DNA of 64,000 nt from the NCBI RefSeq assembly GCF_009914755.1, contig NC_060930.1; one strand, 5' to 3'. Position 1 is the stretch's first letter. Each line of letters opens with the position of its first letter. The position numbers were made by a program, and so were the translations under genes. The notes under the pieces are model-generated. The model made no database searches. It was not told where the DNA came from and saw only the letters and a list, made by a program, of their open reading frames with translations. This DNA comes from the human T2T-CHM13v2.0 reference genome, Homo sapiens. This document shows, in pieces, positions 11,388 through 24,042 of this stretch.

Positions 11388-12232
11388 CCTTCTCCTCTGA
11401 GTCATAAAGTCCTAGGGGTTTGTGAAAGATCTGTCAAGCTAGGGTTCTAAGCCAGGAAGGTCATGCCAACCAGGAGGCTATAACCAGGGGCTGTGTTCAT
11501 GGATTATGAACTCACTTCCCAAGCTAGTTCTTGCCACTCTTGGGGACAATCCCAATTATAAGGAGGCTCTGAAGAAATGTGAAGGCTCCTACCACTCACT
11601 CCCATGGCCACAGAGCTGGTTCATGGGATGCAAAGACCACAGGCATCAACAGCATTATAACTGGGGGCTGAGCTGTCACAGGAGGGCCAGTGTCAAACCC
11701 TCACCACAAGCCCTCAAACATTCCATCAAGGGGTAGCCTCCAGAGGCCAGGCACCAAGGAGGGTCTGGCAGACCAGAGGGGCTCCTCCTGAGAGGAACTC
11801 TTTGGGGCCATGAAACAGCAACTTGGACTTCCCAGCCAGTGTCACCACCCTTCTCATCTGAGAAAGGCAGATCAGCAGGGAGCACCACTCCACCCTCCTC
11901 CCAGCCCCACCCTCCTCCCAGCCCCACCCTCCTCTGCCTTCCACACATCATATGTCATCAGGCCCCCCGCCTGGGAGGTGTGCTGCCAGAGGTAAGGGGA
12001 GCACAGGCCTAGGAACCAGGAGGCACTGGGAGAGGCAGGTGTCAGGAGAAAAGAGGATGGGGGCAGGGAGGGGCAGGGAGGGGGCCTCCACCACTGGACA
12101 GAAATGTAGAAAAACAGGAAGGCAGAAGATGAGCAAACGGACAGTCAGGAGCACAGAAAGACAAGTAGAAATATGCACAGGTGGGCATGCTGCTCAGCTC
12201 TGTCCCAGAACCTCCAGGACCAGTGTCCCTGA

Positions 12233-12564
<332 letters not shown>

Positions 12565-12979
12565 TTAGATAGTCAGTCCAGAATACTGAAAATAATCAGA
12601 TTGTTTTCTCTCCTTCAAATCTGGTTAATCATGGGGGGAGGCTGAAATATCATGAACAAATGAGAAGAATGATATTTGTGGGGCCTTGGTGGGGCCTTGG
12701 CTGGAGGAGGGTCTGTACATTGTCCCACATGCAAATGACATGCAAAGCAACATGCCACCTTGGCAGCTTTTTAATCAAAGACCAGGCAGTTGTTTCCTTG
12801 AAAAGTCAGGCCACAAGAAACCTGGATGCTTGTGCTTACATCCTGACACTCTGGGAATGGAAAGATGGAGCAGGAAGCTCATACCCCATGGCTCCAGGGG
12901 TAGAAGAGAGCTAAAAGTTCAGAAAAAGGAATCCACGGTGTCAACAGGCCAAGTTTGAATTTGGGCAGGAGATCAGCCT

Positions 12980-13035
12980 GGGTGGGCCCCATGAGTGTGC
13001 CAGTCTGATATGGTGAGATAAGCCTGGGACAGATG
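12980..13035 (+). promoter_or_regulatory. TSPO2: Putative erythroid TSPO2 promoter (KLF1 CACCC box plus GATA site)
   Basis: GGGTGGG 12980-12986; CTG 13005-13007, 8 nt, then AGATAAG 13016-13022; E-box CAGATG 13030-13035. Confidence 0.55.
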
Positions 13036-13549
13036 TGCTGCCGCATTCGTGACTAGAAAAGAGTCCCCAGGAATTTCTGGCTCCTGCCTTCAGATTGTGA
13101 TCTTTCCAGGTTGGTAGATCAGCTTAGGTAGAACAGTTCTCGGTGAGGGCCAGCTACATACCTGGCTAAGCGCTGCCCACTGCAGAAAAGCTCATCACCC
13201 GGGACCTGATCTCCAGGACTCAGAAGCACTTGGAGGAAGGCCTATTCACTTAGAAGCAGTTACCAGTGCTGGGCAGTGTCCTCCAAGTGCCAGAGGAGTG
13301 CTGTGGAGAAAAGAAGTCCATGGAAGCCAGGAGATGGGCAAGGTGTGGCCTGGGGTTGGAGAGAGCTCAGAGGTACAGGACTGGAGCTGGGCCAGGGAGA
13401 GAGGAAGGACCTCCGTGAGTAGACCTTCTCTGAGGGGCTCAGGCCAGGAAATGAGTCAGGTTAGGAGGCAGAGACAGACGAGGAGCCGCAGGGGAAGGCT
13501 CATCACTAGCATGTTCTCTGCCTCCCCAGATTTTGCCTCTTCAAGGTGA

Positions 13550-13722
13550 ATGCGGCTTCAAGGGGCTATCTTTGTGCTCCTGCCCCACCTGGGGCCCATC
13601 CTGGTCTGGCTGTTCACTCGTGATCACATGTCTGGTTGGTGTGAGGGCCCGAGGATGCTGTCCTGGTGCCCATTCTACAAAGTCTTATTGCTTGTACAGA
13701 CAGCCATCTACTCTGTCGTGGG
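13550..13722 (+). CDS. TSPO2: TSPO2 first coding exon (MRLQGAIFVLLPHLGPILVWLFTRDH...AIYSVVG); exon starts 13530
   Basis: Acceptor ctccccag| 13529; ATG 13550; donor GG|gtgagt; TspO/MBR-like hydrophobic sequence. Confidence 0.94.
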
Positions 13723-14120
13723 GTGAGTACTTGTTTCTCACACATGGCCCTGGTACCCAATGGGGTGGGAACAAGTCCTCTATATCTGAATTACTCCCAT
13801 ATATTGGCCTCCAAAGGTAGGCGCTTTGTCTTGCCTCTCACCACCATAGTGGGTCCTCCAGAAAGTAAGAAACCCTCTATGCCTGCCTGGGGTTCCAGTT
13901 AGCCCTTCTTCCACCCTCTCTAAGTCTCCCCAGCCCCTCCTCCACCTCACCATGCCCAGCTCCTCCCACCAACTCCCTCCCTGGCCCTTACATGATGCCT
14001 AAACCCATCTGCCCCCATTTCAGCCCACAAGGGTATCCAAGAGTCCTTATGCCAGAGAGCCTCCTCCATTTGCCACGGAACCTCCTCCCACTGAATGTTT
14101 TTGCCACCATGTCTCCACAG

Positions 14121-14262
14121 CTATGCCTCCTACCTGGTGTGGAAGGACCTGGGAGGGGGCTTGGGGTGGCCCCTGGCCCTGCCTCTTGGCCTCTATGCTG
14201 TTCAGCTCACCATCAGCTGGACTGTCCTGGTTCTCTTTTTCACAGTCCACAACCCTGGTCTG
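14121..14262 (+). CDS. TSPO2: TSPO2 coding exon (YASYLVWKDLGGG...FFTVHNPGL)
   Basis: ccacag| acceptor, |gtaagg donor; GYASYLVWK is a TSPO family motif; 142 nt in frame. Confidence 0.95.
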
Positions 14263-14503
14263 GTAAGGCACACAGTGCTCAGTAGCAGAAGTAATGTGGG
14301 AGAGGGTGAAACCACCTGGCTCCAGAAGCACATAATTCAGCAGAGCAATTGAGTGCAGGCAGGTAATGGGTGGGCAGACTTCTCTGCACTCCCATGGTGT
14401 GCACAGAGCCCCAGGGACTGAGCTCGTTGCTGGGCTGGGTACTGCAGAAAGGTGGAGGTGCTGGTTCTCGGGCAGCCAGCTGACCCCCGGCCTCTATGCC
14501 CAG

Positions 14504-14701
14504 GCCCTGCTGCACCTGCTGCTGCTGTATGGGCTGGTGGTGAGCACAGCACTGATCTGGCATCCCATCAACAAACTGGCTGCCCTGTTACTGCTGCCCT
14601 ACCTAGCCTGGCTCACCGTGACTTCAGCCCTCACCTACCACCTGTGGAGGGACAGCCTTTGTCCAGTGCACCAGCCTCAGCCCACGGAGAAGAGTGACTG
14701 A
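14504..14701 (+). CDS. TSPO2: TSPO2 last coding exon (ALLHLLLLYG...LLLPYLAWLTVTSALTYHLWRD...KSD*); total 170 aa
   Basis: PYLAW family motif and CRAC-like V-x-Y-x-R; TGA 14699-14701; 173+142+198 nt = 171 codons. Confidence 0.95.
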   Translation, partial: ALLHLLLLYGLVVSTALIWHPINKLAALLLLPYLAWLTVTSALTYHLWRDSLCPVHQPQPTEKSD

Positions 14702-14875
14702 GGCCCTAGGGCATGGGAGAGGAGGGACGCCCAGGGTGGGGAGGAAGAGTCTGCAAGCAGGGCTGTGGAGTTAGGGTTCACCCCAATGGGACCACCCTCC
14801 TGGGTCCCCTGGTGCCGTTTTTCCTTAGAAATCAGAGAAATGGGAAAGGGGGGGAAACTGATTTTACACTTAAAT

Positions 14876-14881
14876 AATAAA
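14876..14881 (+). terminator. TSPO2: TSPO2 polyadenylation signal AATAAA
   Basis: AATAAA ~175 nt after the stop, followed by GT-rich sequence. Confidence 0.75.
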
Positions 14882-15181
14882 ATCCTATTAGTAACTCTGA
14901 AGGTATGATGTGAAGTGTGTATTTGAATGCATAATATGATGACTAGGGCGGCAGAGTGGGATAGAAGCTTCTGGACCTCTGTGTGAGTGTGTGCGCGTGA
15001 ATGAATGTGTGAAGGCCCATGGGGGAGGGGTGGGCACACCAGCTCGCCTCCATTCACATGCCTCCCCACCTGGCATAAAGATTTAGCACTCAGATGTTTA
15101 ATTACCTGAAAAACAAAAGGCTTTTTAAAAGTGACAAAAAAGCCAAAACAGAAAAATACACCTTAAAAAAGGGTACTAGGG

Positions 15182-15468
15182 GGCCAGGAGTGGTGGCTCA
15201 CACCTGTAATCCCAGCACTTTGGGAGGCCAAGGCGGGTGGATCATGAGGTCAGGAGTTCGAGACCAGCCTGGCCAACATGGTGAAACCCTGCCTCCAAAA
15301 ATACAAACATTAGCTGGGTGCAGTGGTGAGTACCTGTAGTCCTAGCTACTCAGGAAGCTGAGGCAGGAGAATCACTTGAACCCGGGGAAGAGGAGGTTGC
15401 AGTGAGCCGAGATCATGCCACTGCACTCCAGCCTGGGTGACAGAGTGAGACTCCATCTCAAAAAAAAA
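15182..15468 (+). mobile_element. Alu (AluS-like)
   Basis: Alu consensus with A tail. Confidence 0.9.
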
Positions 15469-18400
15469 GGGGGGGATACTAATTATACATGTTAAGGTTA
15501 TATAGTATATATTATACATTAATTTATATATCAGATTTATGATGCAATATCTAGTTATAACATATACTATGGTTGTATGATATATATGTTATACATCTCT
15601 GATAAATAAGATTATAGACCTTCTTTTTTGCTTTCATACATTCCTATGCTTTCCTTATTTTACATCAATTAATTACTATTAGAATAAGGCAAAGAAGATT
15701 GAAAAAAAGAGATTAAGCCTCAGGGTGCTGACAGGTGAATCCATAGGAGCTTCTTGTTCAGCCTTCTATCTTGCTTCTCTTTTTCTAAACCTTCTTAGTG
15801 GCTTTTTAATTTTTGACTCCTCCCTTCTCTGATTTTCTTCTGTCCTTGTTTCAAAGCCCTGATGGTGGCAAGGAGTGACCGCCCTTGAGTAAGCCTCCTC
15901 AAATCTTTAACAAGGTCAGCTGGAAGGCCCAGACACCTTGCAGTAGGGGGTCTCCACCTGCTGCATGATGGGGATCACCAGAATTGTTTAAAAATCCTCA
16001 TCAGCCTCTCCAGGAAGGAGGCCTGGGCATCAACATTTTTAAAACTTCCCAAGACCTCCTCAGGTGCAGCCAAGGCTGTACCACAGCTGTTTGGAGCTAT
16101 TTAAAAAAATGCATGTTCCTCAGACCGCACTCAGGACCCATAAATGAGAACGTTGCGGGTGGGCTCTTGGCATCTTCAGATTTAAAACCTCCTGAGCACT
16201 TCTGTCAGCTGCTAGCTAGTTTGAGTGCTTTGGGCACAGATCGTTTATCAGGGCCCGTTTAGCCTTGACACTCTGAGGTTTTGTGAGCTGAGTTTTAGAG
16301 CTGAAACAAACTGTATGCTCTCAGGTGAGAAGCCAGTAAGGCAGCATAATTTGAGAAGAGGAGTGGCTCTTTCCAGAGCTCACCCAAGAGAGGGAGTCTG
16401 CAGCCTCCCCTCCTCCACCAAGGGCATGCTCAGCCCAGTGGGTCAGGTCACAGGCACCCCAGGAGGACACACACAGTGTCCCACCCACCTTTGTATCTCC
16501 AGCCCCAGGACAGGGCAGAGCACAGAGTAGGTGCTTGTACGTTTTTATTTGTTGATTAATTGAACGAATAAATGAACACATTGTTGTACTTTAAAAACAA
16601 ATGCTGACCAGCACCTGCCGCCACCCCTACCCCCACCCCTACTCTGGAACAACTGAAAAAAGAAGGGAAAGGCTTTAATCATTTTGGAAACTCCTGGTTC
16701 TAATGTGCAGCCAAACTGAGATGTGCTGCTGCAGGGTATTGCTTCTTACTGCTTCTCAAAGTGTGCCCCAGAGACCTCCTGAGACACTTGTTGGGACTCC
16801 AGACCCATGAAATCAGGTCATCTTGGGGAGTGAGAGCAATAGGGTATGGTGATTTGCAGTTCTGGCCATGGAGTCAGACCAACCTGGGGTTGGATATTGA
16901 CTCTGTTATCTATTAACTGGTAACCTGGTGCAACTTCTAGCTATAAATACTGATGGACAGAGGATAGGCTCGGAACCCAAAATACATGGGTTCTTACCCA
17001 GCTCTACCACCATTGTGTGATCTTGGCAAGTGGGCACCCCAGACATTATCTTCCATTATCATTATTATCATCTCATAATAATATATGCATTGTAATATTT
17101 GCTACCAATTTTATTCATTACCAGCTAATTCTAGAAGTTAGGTGGAACCTCCAAGAAGATGTATGATGCCTAGGGTATTACTTTGACCTCCCCAAGGCAA
17201 GCTGGAGCCACTAACCCATGCCTCTAGCTTAGGACTTAGCCCTAGAAGAAAGCTTAATTTGGGCAGTGTCCCAAGCCCTGGGCTAGCACGACCGCCTGAT
17301 ACAGCATGAGCCAAGCTAAAGAGATTTTTGGCCATGTGCAGAAACTCAGCATGAAAGGGCAGAATCCCAACTCCAAACTCTTATCCTCTAACTCCAAAGT
17401 TGTCCTTAAAATCCTCCTCTGCCCCAGCTCCTTGGTTCCTGGGTGAAGGGAGCCCCTAATCCCACAGTCTCCAACCTCCCTGGGGCTCTTATCTTTCCCC
17501 TTACCCCACTTCCCAGTTCAGAGCCCAGCCTAGTGGACACCTGCCTTTGCCCCTCCTCTCTTGTTACTTAAGAGCTGTGCCTAAATAGACTTGGAGCTGC
17601 CTCTTCTCTTTGCAAGTGTATCCCAAGCTTCCACCATTCAAATTATGTGCACATTTTTGTTCTGAGGCAGTATTTTTCCATTTGCCTCTGATTTGGTTGA
17701 GTCGGAGACAGACAAGATCATAAGGCTCTGCAGATCTCCCGTCCAGCGGCTAGAGAGGCACTAGGTAAAACAGCAGACCCAGGAGGTGGCATATCTCATT
17801 CTATTGTATCCTAGTTCATCCTTTCCTCTTCTAAACCTTCACTCTTCCTCACTTTGCCAATTTCTGCAGAATGGAAACATAGAGAGGCTAGGTGAGATGG
17901 CAGAGTGGTAGGTGTATGTCTAGTGGTCAAAGATTGGTCAGCTGGGCTAGGAACAGGGCAGAGTGTAGGATGTATTTATTCTGCACATCTCTGGCCCCTC
18001 CTACCTACAGGCAGGTAGAGCTGCTGCGCAGGAGATGCCTAGAGGCCCCTGAATGTTGTCAGTCCTGGGCCAGGGCTCCAAAGTCTCTTTTCTTTTGTGA
18101 ATGGCCACTATCTGCTCTGTCGCTTGGGGCTCCCCTGTACCCCAAGCCCAGTTTCAGAGTCTTCCCAGAGGTCCCCTTTCTTGTAGTTCCAGAAAACAAG
18201 CACACAATCCTTTTGTTTTAAGGATTTTACTGCTGATTCTCATTAGCAGCTTACAAGGTACTCAGTCCAAAGCCCAACTTTGCTGAGAACTCCCTCAGAT
18301 CTCGACCTTCCTCTTGTATCCTCAAGTAGAGCCCAAAAAAACATTTACTTGCCTCCCAGACTCCTTCTCCCCCCACCCCCAAATGTTGAGGACACTCCAT

Positions 18401-21400
18401 ACATTTAGGCTCTTCTTCTGGTATGGAAGCCAGGGGAAGCCATCCCTGGTCACACCAGGGCCTTGATCATGTTCATCAGGGCCTCATTTGTCCCTTTCCC
18501 AGGTCGCCCAGCCCACACAGAGATTATCCGCTAAGACAAGTACCAGAAAAATCCCCCTAGCGTCCACTTGCACCTACTCTAACACATTTCTCATTTTAAG
18601 GGCTGAAATTCCCCTCTCAAGTTGATTGTAGTTTGTCACCTCTTCCCAGTAGGTTCTTTGGCCTTGCAAACACCCCTTCAAAGAGGAATACTATTAGTCA
18701 CCTTAATGTACATGATCCTTATCAGATCACTTTCTTTAAAGACTGAAAGTGCCAGCCACGGGAGCTGGGCAGTGCCAGGAGTAGCCACTGGAATGGAAAC
18801 CATGGTGACCAGGACTAAAGTCACCATTTTACCCAGGGTGGTGTGTCCCACATGGCAAAGCAAGCATTGTGTCCTGTACAGAAGACTGTAAACTCTGTCC
18901 TGCCCTGTGATTCTGGTGCCTTCTCCAATCCCAGCCTCAGACTCTGGGAGACCCTTGGCCCCCTCCCCTCTTCATTGGCCAAGGCTGCTCAAAGCCCTGG
19001 ACACCTCACGTTTATATCAACAGAGCAGTTGCTAGAGGAAGCAGCCTCCCGCCCTCCAGAGGGGTGTCTGGTGCCCGAGCCCTGTTGTTTGTGTACCTTG
19101 TCTCAGTAGTGACCAGAGGGGCAGGCAGGCCTGGGCTGTGTCTCTGGGGCAACGTACTGTTGGGGTCCCAGCTGTCCCTGCACATAAAGCACCGACTCCA
19201 TCAATGCACCCCTGAGGTATCCTCTTTCAGGGAGTGAGAATTTAAACCTTCCTCTGGTGAGGCTTCTATTTTCCACCAGCCCTGCTCCTGGCCTCTCTGC
19301 TCCCTTCCCAATGAGGGCAGCTCCACATCCAGCCAAGATCCAAGGAACAACCATGCCTGACCCTGTCCTCTCCTTCTCAGCCACCTCCTAGAATCTCTGA
19401 ATGTTTTCTGAAATGACCGTGGGAAACAGGACAGGGAGAGGCATGCTGCAGCGTATCCCAGGCCTAACCCAGCTCCTTTCAGCCACTGCCATCCCAACAG
19501 AAGGGGGCAAGGGCCTGCAGAGACAGGCTGGGAGGATTCCAATTTTGGTTTCCATCCCCAGATACTAGCTGTCTGGTGTCTCTTTACCTGTACCCCCAAA
19601 ACACAGATACACACACACACACACCCCTCATGTACCAATTACTCCCTAGAGTCTGTTTTTCCTGCAAGAACTCCTTCTCAGCTTCTTCAACTCCCACTGG
19701 TCTCTGTCCTTCCCTTCTCCCAGAGCTGGGCCTCATGGGTGCTGGCAGCAGTTGAGACTGAATGGTGAAGGAGGTAAAACATGACTCTGGAAGCACATGG
19801 CTCTGCCCTCTCTAGCTGCATCACCTTGGGCAAGTCACTTAACCTCTCTGGTCTCAATTTCCTCACCAGAAAAATTAGGATAATAATAGTACCTACCCCA
19901 AACATCCTTGTGAGGAATAAATGAGTTAACCTACATAATATTTTAGAGTAATGTCAGGCCAGCAGCAAGGACTGTGTTAATGTCAGCTCTCCTTGTTACT
20001 AAATTCCAGGGAATATGACACAGTAGGAGAAGCATGGAACTTGGGAGCTGACAGATATGGGTTCAAATCCCAGCACCCCACTGACTCCACATGTGACCTT
20101 GAATGAAATACCTTACTGCCCAGTATCCTCCTGTGCAGGAGGGGGACTACTGATAGAACCTTACCCAATAGGGTTAACACTGGGTGTGGGGTGTGCCAGC
20201 CCTGAAGAGTATAGAGGCAGCTGTAGGGAGAGGAGTCAAGCTCCTGGAATCTGATCCCCCAGATTAGTTGCTGCACTCTGGGGTGAGCAGAGTAAACTGG
20301 TCTGACTTGGAAAGAAGAGCCAGAGACCAGCCAGGAATTCAGGCCCCCAGGAGGTGCCATAAATAGCTAGAGCAGATCAGAGGGCCTCCAGGGATGGCAG
20401 GCTGGGAGACGGGGAAGGCTCAAAGGAGCAGTGAAAAAGGAAGCTGTCAGTCATCAGTCTGGGGGCAGACCCAGGACCCTCTCCCAAAGGTCGAAGGGAA
20501 AACTGTCTATAAGTAAGACAGAAGAAAGGGGTCAACTCTTAAGGACCAGCCTGAGACCACCTGGGCACCATTCACTCTGAGCTGTTGGGAGAGGCAGGAA
20601 ATTCTCGACACGCCATTCACCTGTGGTCTTCACAAGCCCACTCGGCGCCCTATTTTCTGCCCTTTGACCATTTGGAAATAGAAATCAATAGCACAGCCTG
20701 TGTCACAGATGGGAAAACGGAGGCTCAGAGATGTCAAGTGATTTGTCCAAGATCACACAGTGAATCGGGCTAAGATGGGGATATGAACGTAGAATATTTT
20801 TTGCCTCCTAATCCAGGGTTATACATGACAGCCAAAATAGAAGGCCCTGTCCTCAGGGAGGAAGTCTTTCTTGCAGGGGAACAGTGAACTGAAAGGATCC
20901 ATCCTCCTTGCTTTCCTCCCCAAGACATTTTACTCTTCCTCCGTTGATCCAAGCATATCACCCTAGCTGGGCCTGGGAAGTGTGAGAGGGATGCACATTT
21001 ATAATGCTTCAGAGATGTTTCATCAAAGGTAGCTGTGCGCAGCCCTGGGAATAGGCTAAACTTGAACTTGGGCTCTGAAGACCTGAACTCAAAGCCCGTG
21101 TGATCTTATACAAATCACTTCACCTTTCTCAGCCACAAGTCCCTAACTTGCAAAATGAGGCCCATAATTCACACCCATGTGAGACTGGTGTAAGGACTAA
21201 ATGAGATAATGCATGCTTGAATGCTTGATTAATGCCCCAAATATGATAAAAGCTGGGATCCCCTGGTGAGCCAGCACCTTATTTATCTCTGTACTCTTGG
21301 TATTTACCACCGCACCTGGAACATAGGAACCTCTGATAAATGTTGACTGAACAAGAAAATGAAGTAAACTCTTTACATTTAAACGTGGTATGTTTGTGTG

Positions 21401-21536
21401 ATAACAACATTCTTTGCAGTTTATCAGCTGCCACTGTCTTTTTATTGTGGACACAGGCACTATTATCTCTACTCAGTGCTTTATTCCCCCCGAAAAATGT
21501 TTGAAAAAATAAGATCCAGATAAAAATGCTTTCAGT

Positions 21537-21833
<297 letters not shown>

Positions 21834-21853
21834 TTAGTAGTAAATCCAAAAGG

Positions 21854-21980
21854 TAGGGGACCATATAATTTATTGTCCACAGCGGGACACCTTTGGGAGT
21901 AAAGGGGTGCTATTAGTAATTATGTCTGGACAACAGGAAGAAACCATGACTGGCAAACCAAAATGCTGGGCATCACACTA
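21854..21980. mobile_element. MER96-like hAT-Tip100 remnant
   Basis: TAGGG(G)ACCATATAATTTATTGTCC...GGGACAC start and CATCACACTA end. Confidence 0.55.
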
Positions 21981-23735
21981 ACAGAGCACTCTGCTGCTCA
22001 GACTCTCTGGAGGAGTGAGCCCTAAATCTTCCAAACCATCTTGACTCCTCTTCTTTAGTCAGACCCTCCAAAGGGTGCCCTACCCTCTCATCCCCACCAG
22101 CCAAACCCATTTGGAGCTGTTTTCAGATCCGTTCCCCAGTGTTCTTAGGTTCCTCATTTTCAACCTACAAGTGACCCTGACCCCTTCCTTCTGCTTCCCT
22201 GAGAATGGCCTAGAGTGTTTGCACTGCTCCAAACACGAAGACTTTTGCCTCTGCTAAGTACCCATCATGAGAGCTGCAAAAATCATCTAGCCATCCTCTG
22301 CTGCTGTTCCGGCTCAGGGTCTTTTCTATGGGCCCCCATCATCTCTCTCTGGCCTCAGTAGGCTTCTCACTGGTCCCCTGCCTCTGCTCTTCCCAAGTGC
22401 TCAGACCACCTGTCTCACCTGTTCAGAGACAATGGCTTCCCACCTCAGTCTGAGAAAAAGCAAGGTACTTATGACAGCCCATAAGGCCCCAGTCCCTTTT
22501 ACCCTTGTTATCTCTCTGGCTTAATCTCTTAGAACTCTTCAGTCACCCAGATGTATGTCCTCGCTAGTTCCTCAAACACCCCAGGAATGCTCCCTTCTCA
22601 GAGCCTTTGCTCACGTTGTTCCCTTCCTTGGAACGCTTTCCTCTTAGACAACCAAATGATTAGTTCCCTTGCCTTCTTCACGTCTTCTTCAATTGTCTCC
22701 TTTTCAAAGTCCTTCACCCTGGCCATCCTATAAGTACGTAACCCCACCTCTTAGCACTTCCTGTTTCCATTTCCTGTCTTTTCTCCTTGGCACTTGTCAT
22801 CACAAAATAGACCATGTATTTTACTTACCTTATTTGTTGTTCAGTTCCTCAAGCTCCACAAATCATCACAGCAGGGATTTTCATTTGCTTTGTTCTTTTG
22901 CCATATTCCCAGTACCTGAAACAGCACCTGGCATAGAGTAGATACTCAATAAATATTTGTTAAGAAGAATAAAAGACTGACTGTGAGGGCACATAGCATG
23001 GAGGTTGAATATTTGGCCTGAAGTACAAAAGCCTGCATTTTAATCCCGGCTCTGCACACTTCTGTGACTCAGTTTACCTGTAACTTGGGATAATACACAT
23101 CGCCTCCCATGGCTGTGGCAAGCATGCATCTGATTTCATTTAAACCCCTAAACCCACTGCCTGGCCTGTTTCAAAATCTCTGAGCTAAGTAAATGGCAGC
23201 TATTGTTACTCAGGGAGGCTCCTGATCGATTTGACATTACATTATGGCTTTGTAACAGGCAAATCAGCACCCACCGCTTTTGAGTCATAACTCACACACT
23301 TACTCCCCAAATTGTCAGTTTTGATCCCACCTCTGCCAGGACCCCTCCTTTCCTGAACCCACGTTCCCCCAAAGCAAATGGCCTGGGTCTTTTTGCAGTC
23401 AGCCCCTTTCAACACACATCTCCTCCTGTTTAAATCTCAGAAGGCCACCCTCCTAAATCTCAGGATGCCTGCCCTGGGGCCCCTTCCACACTCTCCCCCA
23501 GTGGAGCTAGGGAATTTGGGTGGGAAACAAAGGGGAGAACATAAGGTGAGCTGAGAGGGAGAGGGAGAAGAGAGCAGGCCAAGCCATACCCACCTGCCAG
23601 GTTCCTGTCTTTGCCTACTGATAAATAGGGGATACTAATGGCCAGATTTTCCATTCCCCCACCCCAGCACCCGCTGTCACTCAATTAAAAAAAGATAGAG
23701 GGAGAGAGCCTGGGGGAGGGGCAGGAGGCCTTGGC

Positions 23736-23741
23736 TATAAA
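23736..23741 (+). promoter_or_regulatory. APOBEC2: APOBEC2 TATA box
   Basis: TATAAA ~175 nt before the ATG, with GGGGAGGGG upstream and E-boxes at 23591 (CACCTG) and 23823 (CAGCTG). Confidence 0.7.
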
Positions 23742-23911
23742 GCCTGTGGCTAAGTGGGGAAAGCACGAAGCCTGGCCTGCTGGGTCCTTTTCCCGTCATC
23801 CCCAGCCAGATTTAGCTGCTGACAGCTGCTTGGGACTCTGCCGCCAGGGCCTGGCCCAGACCTGCCTGCCTCTCTCCTCTCCCTCAGTGACTCCTGAGCC
23901 ACAGCCCCTCC

Positions 23912-24042
23912 ATGGCCCAGAAGGAAGAGGCTGCTGTGGCCACTGAGGCTGCCTCCCAGAATGGGGAGGATCTGGAGAACCTGGACGACCCTGAGAAGCT
24001 GAAAGAGCTGATTGAGCTGCCGCCCTTTGAGATTGTCACAGG
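23912..24042 (+). CDS. APOBEC2: APOBEC2 exon 1 CDS (MAQKEEAAVATEAASQNGEDLENLDDPEKLKELIELPPFEIVTG)
   Basis: ccATGG Kozak; donor GG|gtaagc; recognisable acidic N-terminus. Confidence 0.95.

Noticed and set aside
15480-15620. AT-rich TA/TATA-like stretch after an Alu
   Set aside because: Low-complexity decayed sequence with no defined element
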